64,000 nucleotides of DNA. Origin: Dimorphilus gyrociliatus. Taxonomy: Eukaryota; Animalia; Annelida. Location: NCBI GenBank assembly GCA_904063045.1, contig CAJFCJ010000001.1, forward strand, positions 2,170,001 to 2,234,000, written 5' to 3'. The translations under genes were made by a program, and so were the position numbers. The notes under the pieces are model-generated. The model ran no database searches, was not told where the DNA came from, and saw nothing but the letters and a program-made list of their open reading frames with translations. Positions 1 to 12,900 of the stretch are shown here, piece after piece (position 1 is the first letter of the stretch; the number at the start of each line of letters is the position of its first letter).

Positions 1-33
1 GTGTATATATACATATATAGATATATATATAAA

Positions 34-74
<41 letters not shown>

Positions 75-82
75 TTATGTAC
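1..82. repeat. (TA)n-rich microsatellite tract
   Basis: Runs of atatat with few interruptions at the window start, inside the Nav intron. Confidence 0.9.
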
Positions 83-170
83 ATATAAGTATAAACTTAA
101 TTCCTACGACCTACTAAATAGCGATTATTATTGAAATATAGAGGGCGAAGTTGGATAAATTTCTACTCAC

Positions 171-3100
171 TTTTGTTTTCGTAGTACTTCTGCAGCAGTT
201 CGTCCCGTTCCTCTGTATCCGTTATATTCGTTATATCTTCCGGCGCGTCTTGCACACATTTTCTTTTTAAACTTCCCTGATAAATTTGTAAGCCAACCAA
301 AGCAAAGATTGATAAGACAAAAACCGTCAGTATCATTACATCACGTAGACGCCGAACGGCTTCCATTAACGCTCCGACGATCGTTTTCAGGCCTAAAGAG
401 AATAACGTACACTTTAGTAGACATGACCTCACTAGCATTTATATTTTTGTCTGCTTTTATAATATCGATGTATTTTAGAAATTTGCAAATAATTCAAAAG
501 GTCGTGGGATGCTATTCAATCTATGTCCTCCCCCAATATTTTTTTCCCTTTGTCTAGAAGTAATACTCTTATTTATAAAAGCAAATTCCCTAGAATGGCC
601 TAAGAAAACAGGAAAGACTGTATGAGAAACATGGAGAGGAAGAAAAGAAAAGAAACTATGAAAAAAAAGAAATAAAATAAAGAGAGACAGAGAGAGAGAG
701 AGAGAGGAGAGGAGAGGAGAGAGAGACTGGTTAAAATAAATCAAAAGCCTTAAAGTGGTTGCTGTCTTTTTTCACGTTTCTATTTGTACTTTTCATCTAA
801 ACATTAAAAGCTATAAAGACAAGACATACTGTATGTGTGTGTGTGCGTGTGTGTGTGTCTGTATGAGCGTATATGTATTCGAATAAGTATATAATACTAA
901 ATATATAAATATCTACCGATGCATGTAATTTATCTTCTGCACAAATATTCCACAAGTTATTTACTATGCAAGACCGCGCAATCAGGAGATAATGTCAAAA
1001 AAGAAAGAAATAATTTATTAGCTTTTCGCGTGTTTGTCGAATGCTTTTCAAGTGTAAAATTTTACATAAAAGGAAAAAAAAGAAAAGAGGAGAGGGAAGA
1101 AGAAGGATAAAAGACGAATGGAGAGAAAGTGGTAAAAATAAATCTTGAAGATTTTCTACTTTCTCCGTAGATTCATAAATATTGATATAATATACTTGAA
1201 AGGAATTTCTGAGATTTTTTTTTATAACTACATTAGAAAAAGAACACGGATGCTAATCAATAAGATAACTTCATCTGTAACGCCTCTCATTCCTTCACAT
1301 CAAAGTAAAATACTCTTCCTCTCACAATTTTTTCTGCGCTGGGAACAGATTTGTCAGATGTATATTTTATATTAGCTAATGCTTTTTCATTGATTCATAT
1401 ATTTTTGAAGAAAAGACTTTAGGAAGTAGTAGGATCGCCATTAGGATTAAGCTAAGGTTCTTAAGATATAATTAATTTTATCTTGATACGTTCCATTTCC
1501 TCTCTTCTTCTTTCTCTCCCACCCCCTTCCTTTAATTCATCCCACTCTCCTCCTTTTTCTACTACTGGCCCATTATTTTATCCCTATTCCTTGTCCCCTT
1601 TTTCTACCTTATCTCTTACATTGCTTTTTACATATAGTCTCTTAATGTATTGATACAAAATATTTTAATAATACATTTTTTATATAAGAAACTATTAATA
1701 GAAAAAGTACAAGTTTAAACTCTTTTGTATAGTATCCAATGACCTCTTTGCTATTCTTTTGCAGATGAAAGAAGTTTAAAGGAAGTTATTAGTCATTCTT
1801 TTTCCATGTTAGAGAAACTAGGAACGTTTATCGAGAGTCATGCAAAGAATGGTTCAAAGCTCAATTAAATATTTCACGTTCCAGGTAAAAAAAAATATAA
1901 ACATAAAAGTAAATACAATCTATAACAACTGCAATATGTCTTTTTTTATATAATGGTCTTGCAGTATTACAGCTCGTTCATTTTAATAAGAGACAGGATA
2001 ATAGAAAGAGAGGAAAATAAGATAGAAAGAAATAGATTATTGCATTGATGGTGTTAGACCCTTTTTTATTTAAAAAGCTTGGATGATTAAAGAGGAATTA
2101 GTATTGGAAGACAAAGAGAGAAACGGTAATAACTGTTGTTATAAAATGAGTAGAGTTTAGGAAGAGGAGCATAGAATGGTAAGGGAAAGAGACAGAGAGA
2201 TCGAGAGGAAGAGAGACAGAGAGAGACAGACAGACAGAGAGAGAGAGAGAGAGAGAGAGAGTGAGAGAGGCAGACATATAGATAGACAGACAGACATAGA
2301 AAGCGAGAGTTGTGTGTGTGGGGTGTGGGGAGAGGTTGGAAAGGGGAATGATTGATTTTCTTTATTGTTTCCCCTCCCCTCTACTATTCTATTCTAGGTT
2401 TTTTTTCACAAAAAAAGCTTGGTCTATTTTTAACCAATTAAAACAAATTGACATTTCCCTTATAAAATATTTTTTGCTTCTGTTTTAAAGCTTTATATAA
2501 TGATAGTTAAAAAAATAGGTGCAGAGGAGAAGGTAGGGAGGGGGCGGTGGTGGTGGCAGAAAAAAAGATATATAGAAAATGGGCATGAATAATAAAAAAA
2601 AACAAAGAGAGAAAAAAATATGACCTAAATGATTTAAAATACTTGTACAAGTAAAGTAAACAGTAAAGAGAGAGAGAGAGAGAGAGGGATACACGAAGAA
2701 AATCTCTACGATAGTGCGAAACTCGGAAATTTTTATGCAAATATTTAAATATTTGCACAACTATTAAAAGACAAAAGGGAAAAACACTCTCTTTTTTTTG
2801 CTAAGTTTCTAATTGCATTTACCTGGAACAACTGCAACCGTTTTCAAAGCCCTAAGAACACGGAAAGTTCGAAGGGCAGCCAAATTCCCGAGTTCGATGA
2901 ACATTGTTATATACCTGTTATGTATATGAATAATTAAAAACCTATTAGAAAGTAGAATGGTAAAGGGTAAAATAAATGGTACTTTGATAATGATGTCACT
3001 ATATAGTCATAGTAAAGAGTAATTTATAAAAAAAATGAAAATAGAGTATATATACAGTTATATATATTGCATGTACTATATATACTATATGAAGTTTATT

Positions 3101-4263
3101 TATGCGAGTTAACAGAGGAACCGTATATATCCATGTATAAATTTTAAGTTTATTCATTGAAAGTGGACTATATTGTAGCAGGTTGACTTTATTGAAGTTT
3201 TAAATTGAGAAACAACTGAACAAAATCACTCATCAGCTGGCCATTTCTTCACTTTATTTAGTTTATAGTAATAAGAATAATGTATATTGACTATATACTG
3301 TATATTATATAAATTTTATTATGTATATTAAATAGATGTATACATATTTATAAGTTTTTTACTCTTTTTGATACTTTTTACAAGATTTCGTTCCCTTTTA
3401 AAAGGAATGGGGAAAAAATTTCGTTTAATTATAAGAGGTTTTTTTTTTCATTTGGAATAGCGTGACTTGATTATTACTATGTCGTATCCTGCTGGTAAAA
3501 CTGATGGTGTAATAGTATACATAGTATATATGCATAGTTTATATACTCATTGACATGAAAATCCTACGTAAATATAAAGTATGTAACTTAATAAGATAAA
3601 AAATGAAGATGAAGATGTAAAAAAAAAGACTTACGCGAGCGTTACTACTGTAAAATCCAACCAATTCCAAGCGTCCCTCAAGTAAGTAAAATCGTTGAGT
3701 ATAAAACCTCGAGCCGTCATCTTGATAGAACCTTCGATGGTATAGATAATGGTAAAAATTAATTCCGAATGTTTTATATCCTTATTAATAGCCATGAAAA
3801 CGCAATTGACTAAAATAACGACCATAACGAAGAGAGAAAATGCGGGATGAGTAAGGACGTAGATGGCAGCCCTTCTTACTGGATTGAAGGGGCTGAGTAG
3901 AAAAAGAGCCTTTGTGGCAGTAAACCTAAATATCGACCTATCCCGGGCTACGACCAGGAAAGAGTATTTGTTTGCGTAATATTCATCAATATCCTCAATC
4001 GGTTTGCCAATGAGTTCAGGTGGGAATTCCCCGTACTTGGTCGGTAATGTTTTTCCAATCTCCAAAGCTGGATTCGGTTTTGGTTTATTTTCCTCATTTT
4101 CACCACTGTGCTTTTCTTCTTCGTGCTGATCGTCACCATGGTGATCCTTATCGTGACTGGATTCTTTGGCAGCTTGTTCCTCGGCTATTCGCCTTTCGAT
4201 CTTCACCAGTGATTCTTTTGTGAACAATCGGAAAATGGTGGCGGCCGGAGTACGGGTGTCCAT
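171..4263 (-). CDS. Nav1: Voltage-gated sodium channel alpha subunit (Nav1/para-like), 5' part; gene continues beyond the left window edge
   Basis: Three phase-compatible exons with GT/AG. Exon 4263-3635: [19 protein letters not shown]...IS1-IS3...[12 protein letters not shown]. Exon 2914-2823 (92 nt, missed by the ORF track): [31 protein letters not shown], the IS3-S4 voltage sensor. Exon 392-171: [37 protein letters not shown]5 plus start of the pore loop. Intron positions match conserved Nav introns. Confidence 0.96.
2187..2320. repeat. Compound (GA)n/(GACA)n/(GT)n microsatellite
   Basis: gagagacagacagacagagagagagagag followed by gtgtgtgt. Similar GA/GT/AT tracts occur at about 681-725, 831-860, 6712-6743, 8157-8245, 9877-9910, 48822-48857 and 63900-63990. 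Confidence 0.9.
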
Positions 4264-6707
4264 GTCGACAAAGTACACCCTAAGTAATTAATTAATGAAC
4301 TAATTAATCATTCATTTAATAATTTTCGTTTGATTTTACAGAACAGAAATAAATGACAAAAAAAGCTTTCTATTTTTCATCAATCATAAAATCTCATATC
4401 ATTAACGGATCTTGAGATTCATGATTTTTTCCTTCTACCCTTATACAATAGGATTGAAAGATCCATTACTTATTTACTCAATCAATCAATCAGTCAATCG
4501 TTCTCAAGTTGGTTGATGACGGTAAGTCCATCGACTTTATATTCAATCAATGACACCGGTTAATTATAATCTAAAGATTACTCATTTATCAATCTATAAG
4601 TTAACATTACATAATAAATCATCTGTATATTTAAATTAGTCAGAAAAAAGGAGTTATGTTTTTTTATTGATAAATTTGATCTAGTTATTTATCTAAGATC
4701 AAAATATGGGTATTGTCAATTTTTTTCCTAAGTGTTCTACTCTCATCTCTACAATTTGGATGGCCTGAATTCATCGTTAGAGGTTTCGCAACGGCGATTT
4801 GTAATAGTTCGTCAATTTCTATCAATTGTCTAGGTTCTATATAAAAGAAGGAAGCGAGCAAAAAGGGTCTCTTTATCACTGGTGAAAGATACAAATTAAC
4901 CATTATTGACGAGAGTTCGTGACCTTTTATCAATTCAGTTAATTTATGTCGGGAAAGACTGATTCTTATGGGGATGTTTTCGAATTAGGATAACTAAGGT
5001 TAAAGACGCTAGAGCGTTTGAAAGAAGTAAGAATGTCACCCATAATTATTACTCATGGAAAGAAAATGTATGATTAATACCAAGATGCTACAATTAATCA
5101 TGCAATCTTCGACGAATTGCAAGGCTGGAAGGAAAGAGAAGAGGAAAAGAGTAAAAACGACAGGAAAAGAGAGAAAGTTAATTTTGAGATAATAGAAAGT
5201 TTAACGGATAACACCTTTATAGATTAAGAGTATGAAACAAGCTCTTTAGAGATTAGCCTAATAAGATAAACGTCGTTAGCAGTAAGCTTCTCTTTTTGGA
5301 AACATTATACCTTAAATATACAAGAAAAAAGGAATTTATGCAAATTTCGGATAGAATTTTAAGATAAATAAAATACAAGGTCGTCAAGAAGAAAGGCAAG
5401 ATAGACGTGCGATAGAATACAATTTTTTTTAGTTCCCCATTTCTAAAATATTCATCAGCATTCAATTGCTCTTAGGCCATTCTTCCTGTATTACCCGTCA
5501 ATCGACTCCTTCTACAAACAGCCGTCTTAATGCTATGACAAACAGTCGAAGCGGGTCGAATGGGGCAATAACAAATTGCCCCGGATCTTTAATAATTCAT
5601 TGTGCTTTTTTTTTCTCTATCCGTCATTAATTTCTTCAAAATCAACTCTTAGTCATTTAAAGAAGGGGAGAGGTAAGACTAAAGGTTTATGGTCATACGT
5701 CATAAACGAAATATTAGAAATGATAGAACTATATTAAACAACAAAGCAAATATACCTTATAGGATATCAAGGAAATTTTATTAGGGTGTATTGTCTTTCT
5801 GTACAAGGGTCTTATGCTATTAGATAAAAAAAATGGGTTTTATTCTCCCAATAGTCTGACTGAAAAATTCTAGCGTGAACTGAATTTTAAGCGTGTTTAA
5901 CAGTCACAAAATTGATACGACCTCAACATTTTATGGGCAGAAACCAGGCCTTGAAGGGACAGCTATAAGATAAATGATTCTTGCCGTCAACTCTTTTGCG
6001 GACGTCTCGCCTCCCTTCTTTTTAACTGATACAGTTTTTCTTTCCGTTATTGTCGTTTCCCTATCCTCTCATCTATTTCCACCCTCCTTTTTCCATTCGT
6101 CTTATATGTTTTGTTATAAATTTTAATGTTTTTTTTATCCTTGCTATGGAGAATAAATTGAATTGGAGACGATTTTTAAGTAACGCATTTCTCTAATATA
6201 TAATTAAATTTATAATTCTTATAACTAATCTATTATACTGTATATATACTGTATATATAAACTATGCAGTGTATATGCTACGCCAATGATATTTTGGACT
6301 TCATATTTCACCTTTATCTTTGTCCTCACTTACATTCTCATCTTTCTACGTTTCTCCTATTCACTCTCTGTCTACCTCCTTTCTTCTCTGCTAGTCCCTC
6401 TTTTTTTTTCTCTTTTTTGTTGCAAGCTATGAATATTCATGATAATAAATAACGTGGTATATTAGTCTCATTTTAGACTCTAAAAAGGATGAAAATTTTT
6501 TACAATCGAAAGTGTCCACAAGTTAAAAAAGACACTTTCTTTCTAAAATGAATTTAAAATGATAATTGAACCCATCATTAAGCAAAAAGGGTCATTTCGG
6601 CGAAACTCATATAAAGATTCCGTTCCTCAATTTTATTCCATTAGACGCTTTAAATATTTAATAATACACTTTTCTTTATTATCCAATAAGGATAAGCTAA
6701 ATAATAA

Positions 6708-6747
<40 letters not shown>

Positions 6748-8157
6748 AGTATATATCTACTGTACATACTATTTTTTATCTACATGATGAATAACAACAA
6801 ACTTTCCGCAGTATATGTTCTATGTATTATTTGAATTTTTACTGTTATGTTTTATATATTTATAACAAAATAGACGTTCTATACAATATTTCCAATATAA
6901 AATATGCTAAAAAATAATGTCATATTTTTAAGTCAATAACTTTAAATGATGTTTATTAGATTTTCTTTAACGGGGAAGAAACTCCTCTATATAAAATATG
7001 CATGTAACAGAATAAAAATTAAAAGAAGCTTTGTAAATTTTCCACCTAAAGTCGTTTAATGTAATCAAGAATAGATAAGAATTAGTTTTTTAATAGTTTT
7101 TATTAAGTTATTTAAGGTACTTATTAAAACACAACAAGGTTAGGGAACTTAAAACTTGAATTTAATACACCTTTAGACTTTTAAGTAAATTATATTAAAT
7201 ATAAAATGCTTATTAGGGGAATTTTCTGGAATATTACTTAATTATGTACAATTAAAAATTTACTTTTTCTTTAACATTTGAATTAATGATACATTCGGAA
7301 AAATAGTAGCTATGAAAGAAATTGGGCAAAAGGAAAGAGAGACTGGGAGAGATAGCGAGACGGGGAGAATGAGACAAAATGAGAATGAGAGTGAGAGATA
7401 GAGGACGATTGGAGAGGGAGGGAGTCTACTCATTTCCATAATTCAACCGAAAAAAAACGTTTACACCGTGCGTTGTTTAATTACGTAGCTTGTTCGGAAT
7501 GTCTATAGCTTAGACCTATTCGTATTTTCCAAATACGCACACACATACATACATGCATGGACATATGTGTACAAGTCTTTTGTACTTTTTTGATTGTACA
7601 AGTTGCTAACTAAATGTTAATAATAGGTTTATATGCATATATTGTTCGCGTTTTGAATTACAGCTATAACTTTTACTTTCTAGGTATCAAACGTTTTTAA
7701 ATCTATACACTATATAAAGCTACGTAAATAGTTTACTTTATTATAAAACATAATTTCCTGCAAAAATTGAGGGCTTATGAATATTCATAAACATGTACAT
7801 ATTAAGATGATATTTATACTTTAACTAAGTTTGCGATATGTCTGCATTAATAGTGTGTAAATGACCTTGTAGAACTTGGGGTAGAGCTTTGATAGAGGAA
7901 AGGTTGAAGTCTCATTAGGAGGGAAAGAGGAGTGCAGAAAAGATAATGCAATTAAATTTATCCCAATATAAAGTAGATATTTTGATACGTTGGTAAGCAA
8001 TGAATATTTATATATATAATTGTTAGAATCACGTAGGCGTTTTAGTGATTGTTTCATTTTACTTAACCTAAAATATAGATTTTAAAAAATAACTTTTGCA
8101 GAGAGAAATGATTTAGTCAGGAAATAAGAAGAAGAGAAATCAAGTGGACAGTTTTAC

Positions 8158-8188
<31 letters not shown>

Positions 8189-9540
8189 GAGAGGAAGAAA
8201 GAGTGTATATATATATATGTATATGTAGGAAGGTGTGTATGTGAGTGTGTTTGTCTCTAATCGTATGAAAGAAAGTAAGACAGAGAGATGAAAAGATAGG
8301 AAATAAAATAGAAAAGAAGAAAAACAATGATACTCTTTAATCTACTTTGAAGCTTTTTATATATAATATTTGACTTAATCGAAGAAAAATTAACTTTAAT
8401 GCTAAATACTAGTATGGAATAGATTGATAAAATTGGCAAAGTGAAAGCAAAAAACGCCGAAAAAAGATGGTAGAAAAACGTCGTGCTATAAAGCTCAAGC
8501 CAAATATCGATTTTTCCTATCGCGTATATTTTCTACATTGTATAAATCGCCTATGCCACCAGCTGTCGTATTAATAATTGCAAAAAAAAAATTCGATCGT
8601 TAGTTATGAATAGGACCCTCGATTACATATATGTATAAAACATTATAATGTGATGTATAATAACATATATATAATGCAAGAATAATGTGGCAAAAAAAAT
8701 TTATCATGAAATATATATATAATGATTCTTAAAAAAGAACTGCAAAGAGGCAAAAATCTCTCCTTTAAATTATTTATGTACAGGAAAAAAGGGAAATGAG
8801 GAATCGGGGAGTCGAACCATTCAATTTTCTACATAAAAAAATAACTAACCCTAAAGACCTTCAATATATCACATTGGCAATATAGAATCTCGACGGAGTT
8901 AAATATAAAGAACTATAGATGCGCAGATATACTTACTAAAACTGCATTCCATGGGCAGCATGAAATTTAGACGTCGAAACGCTCTAAACGCCGCTGCAGA
9001 CAGACATACGCATAGAGCAGGCCAACATAGCAAATGAGATAAATATTGATCAGAAAATCATGTCACATATTACATCCGAATACTTCCTCCTTTTCCTTTT
9101 TTTATTTTAGAAGAAAGAGAGCGCTAAATGATTTTATCCAACTCCTTCCTTCGTTTTTATTCAACACCGATTCGATTTTCCCGGTTTTTTTTTCTAATCG
9201 AGTATACGCTTGAACGAACGCCTCCAGTTTGTATAGTTCGCTGCGGCCGGTAGATGACGTTCGCATCGGTCTTCTCCTTAAAAATATTTTCGCTAGCGCC
9301 TCTCCAACCTTTGACCTAAACCTTTAGTATCTTATATATTTCTTTCTTATACTATTAGTTTCTCAATAAAAGATCCAAAATAATTTTAATTGTGATATAT
9401 TTTTTCTTATTATTGTTTTTTTTTAAAAAAAAAATAAATTTTTTTTCCACATCGAAACGTCGAAAACAATGAAAATAAAAACAATATAAAAAACAATAAA
9501 ACCTAAAAAAAATAAAGAAAATCAACAACAACATAAAATT

Positions 9541-9878
9541 ATGATGGAATATAAGCATAAGGGTATTCTTATAAAGCTATTGAGTTTCATACTACCAATT
9601 ATAGGCATAGGAGGCGTGATTGGATTAATTCTTTGTACGTATTTTATTTTACCTGCTCAAGTAGAATTTAAATGTCATATTTAATATTTTTATAATATAT
9701 CGATGAGTTAATTATTGATTTTTTATTGTTGGTTCTCTTCTTATATTAAGGGACGTCAAACCACTTTATAGATAAAGATATAAATAAATTACACGCAGAT
9801 GCTAAAATGTGCGTTAAAGGAGGTTAGTTAATCTACTTTTTTTTTTCTTTTTCGTTTTGTCCCACTCCTTAAATCTAC

Positions 9879-9910
<32 letters not shown>

Positions 9911-12900
9911 TCCTATCCTCTTCTCTTTCCCTTTATTTTCTATATCAACTCGTAAAAAATAACCAATAATAAAATAGAACAATAAAAGTAACGGGGATTA
10001 AGAAAAAGTAAGAACTAAACCTATTTATTACGTCAAGCTTATGAAGAAATGCTATATATTTTATACAATTACTTCCGATTGCTCCGTAAGCCTTTCTATA
10101 TTTAACTTATTTCTAATCTTTCATGATATAAAATATGTTAATATTCTGGGTGATATAGACTGGGAGAAGGGGGAAAAATTTACTATTTGCTAGGCCTATA
10201 CTTTTAATTAGCGAAGAGGATATCTAATGATTAGGATATGGCGTGAAAAGTCAAAAATATTAAATATTTATTTAAGCTAATTAAAGGAAACTCTGAAAAA
10301 GTGTTTGAAATAGGTCTTGTTTCTCGATTAAAGTAACAGTGGATATACTATATATTTCTTTTTTATTTATATTGCGCCATCTATAGAGAGTTCGATTTAC
10401 TTTATTTTCTTTTTTTTGTATAAATATCGAGTCTCCTTTTCAATTAGAGAGAATAAACGCATAGTTTAAGATTTTCAAGGACTAATAATTTAGTAATATA
10501 CTTGTAAACTTAATGTTTTGTTCAAATCTAGTAACGGATTTGCAATGTGACACCGAATATAGAATTTATAAGAATGAAGATGCTTGTTATAGACCTCCGC
10601 ATTGTCAATGTTGGTCTGTTGATTTATTAAACATATCTTTATAACTTTTAATACGTTACTTTCAAATTTAAATGAAATAGAAAAGAGTTTATTAATGTTT
10701 TCCTTTTAAGTACTCAACCTCCTAAATTGGTTTCCGGAGCTGAAATTTGCTCAAGACATTTACCGGAAGGCGAATCATATGCCGAGTGGGAGGGGAAGGT
10801 GGCCGATGGAGAGCCGGAACAAAGATGCAGGATTACAATTGTCGTTGAAAAGAGGGAATTTGATAAAAGAGACGACGAATCCGAGTCTAGGGGGAGAAGG
10901 GATGAATCAACTTCTACCAGTTCGTTTCATTTCTTAAATAATGCTTATCTTTTTCTTTTTACCATTTGTTCCTTTATTCCTTCCTACTGGACAATTATAG
11001 AGCATAATTAGACTCTATTTTTTAATTAATTAACAGATAGAACGGCTTCGAAAGAAGAAACGATACTTTGCAGAACGCCGAATGGGTTTAATGCGACATT
11101 CAACGTTATATTGAATCACTTGAGAGCATCTGGCAAGACGCCGAACGAATACGTGATATCGGAGTCGATTTTTGGAGGGGAATTTAAGTGCCAATCGACC
11201 ATTGTATTGGGAGCTACATGCAGCTTTAAATGTCATAATTCCTACCGCCTACCTCCAATGAGGAGGAAACAACTAACCTTACGTTGTGAGATTGCCTTGG
11301 GCAAGCCTACTCTTGTTCTTGAGGGCCCCGTTAGTAATTTGTTGGAGAAATCGTACAGGGAATGCTCGCGTGAGTTGTTTATTTTATTAAGGACGGTTTC
11401 CGAGCACACGACCGAATGTTTTTCTTTTAGACGGTGTTTTTTCCTCCCAAAACCTAGTTTCTTTCTCATCAAATTTCCATCATTTTCATTATACTTTCAA
11501 CTTTCTCTTCATTCTAGCTATTTTCGTCTATATCATGCCTTTTTAAAGATTTTAGTCTTTCTCTGTTAGCTTCACCCAGAACGTGCCAGACGATTAAAGG
11601 AATCGAAAAAGGGAAAATGTTTGGAAAAGGAGGTAATAATGGAAAATTTGGAGAAACCATATCCATACGATGTGATCCTGGTTATATAATACCCGGATTT
11701 AAGAATCTTAGCCAAGCGACCTTAATCTGCTCGGATTATGAATTTAAGAAGAGTTTTAGCGATAAAAAAATTACAAGCAATACTCTACAATGGAGAATTG
11801 TTGAAAAGGGAAATGTCCCATTCGACGAAATGCCTAATAGGATTTTTAGGTGTGCAGGTAAGTGATAAGAGAATAGGCGTATAAGGCAGACGACAAGGTT
11901 AATTAATGTAAATTGATGGTTTGCTGTAAAACAAGTAAACCATCCGTTGAAGAGTCTATTGAATTACAGTCTGCACCATTGATCAACCGCTATTGCAGTT
12001 GCTTTCTAAAAATACTATTCTAAAATTGTTCAAATGAAAAAGGAAAGAAAGGGGAAATAATTATTTTGTCCAGAAGGTGTATATAGGTCAAGGGAACATG
12101 AAATGAATCTTATTTTTCGATTAGCAAACTTTTCTTCTATCTTTTATTCTAATTCGTTACTTTTTTTCTCGTTTAATCGATGAAAATCAATCTGACCATA
12201 AGACAAAAATTCCGACAGTTATTTACGGTGTTTTACTGCCCGCTTGTGTATAATTTGCATTTTTTGCCAATTTCATTAGTTAACGTCCCTCGATTTTGTT
12301 TCTCTTGCTATTCTGTTTATTTATTACTAATATTTTCATAATTATAAATTTATAATAAAATAATGGAATGGTAATAGTGTATGCTGATTGCATAAAAGAT
12401 GTATGCATAGATTTTTACTGCAGGCCAATTTTCACCGTTTGTGGAAAATTGTAAGGGACACGAACCGGATTTGGACGAAAAGCCGCCCGGGGAACTTGAA
12501 GAGCGTTTCCATTTCGTTAGAGCGTCGAAGAGTAAATTCCCTATCGAAATCGATATGAAAAGAGCCGGTTGGTATCCTCGTTTCCTTTCCGATGGTAAGG
12601 AAGTTATAAGTAATCTACAAAAGAAGAATTTCAAAACACTAATAATCAAAGAACCAAATGAGATTTATAGACTTAATTTTTCTGCCTCAAATCCTAGATA
12701 TCCTCACTATTCAGCCCATTGTTTAATTGCAGTGATGGGTTTCAGTAAGTTTATACTCATATACTGTATCCTATATATACATATATACAGTATATATAAT
12801 TTTCTTTCACTATATCAATATACGAGATTCTAGAAAAAACAATATATCTATATATATATATATATATTTATATATTCCCTAAATAGGTCAGTGTTCTAAA

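Noticed and set aside
393-3634. A second, mutually exclusive copy of the Nav IS3-S4 exon (as in vertebrate 5N/5A)
   Set aside because: I scanned both flanking introns on the minus strand and found only the single 92-nt exon at 2823-2914.
5562-5582. Hairpin GGGGCAAT-AACAA-ATTGCCCC
   Set aside because: It is an isolated 8-bp stem with no supporting context. Bacterial-style terminators are not relevant in this eukaryotic locus.
8799-8822. Perfect Pol III B-box on the minus strand (GGTTCGACTCC)
   Set aside because: The T-stem does not pair (AATGG versus CCCCG) and there is no A-box, D-arm or anticodon arm, so it is not a tRNA. At most it is a relic.
8845-8854. CTAACCCTAA, identical to a TTAGGG telomerase RNA template
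   Set aside because: A 10-mer of this composition has a non-trivial chance of occurring in 64 kb. I could not see a pseudoknot, CR4/5 or H/ACA domain around it.
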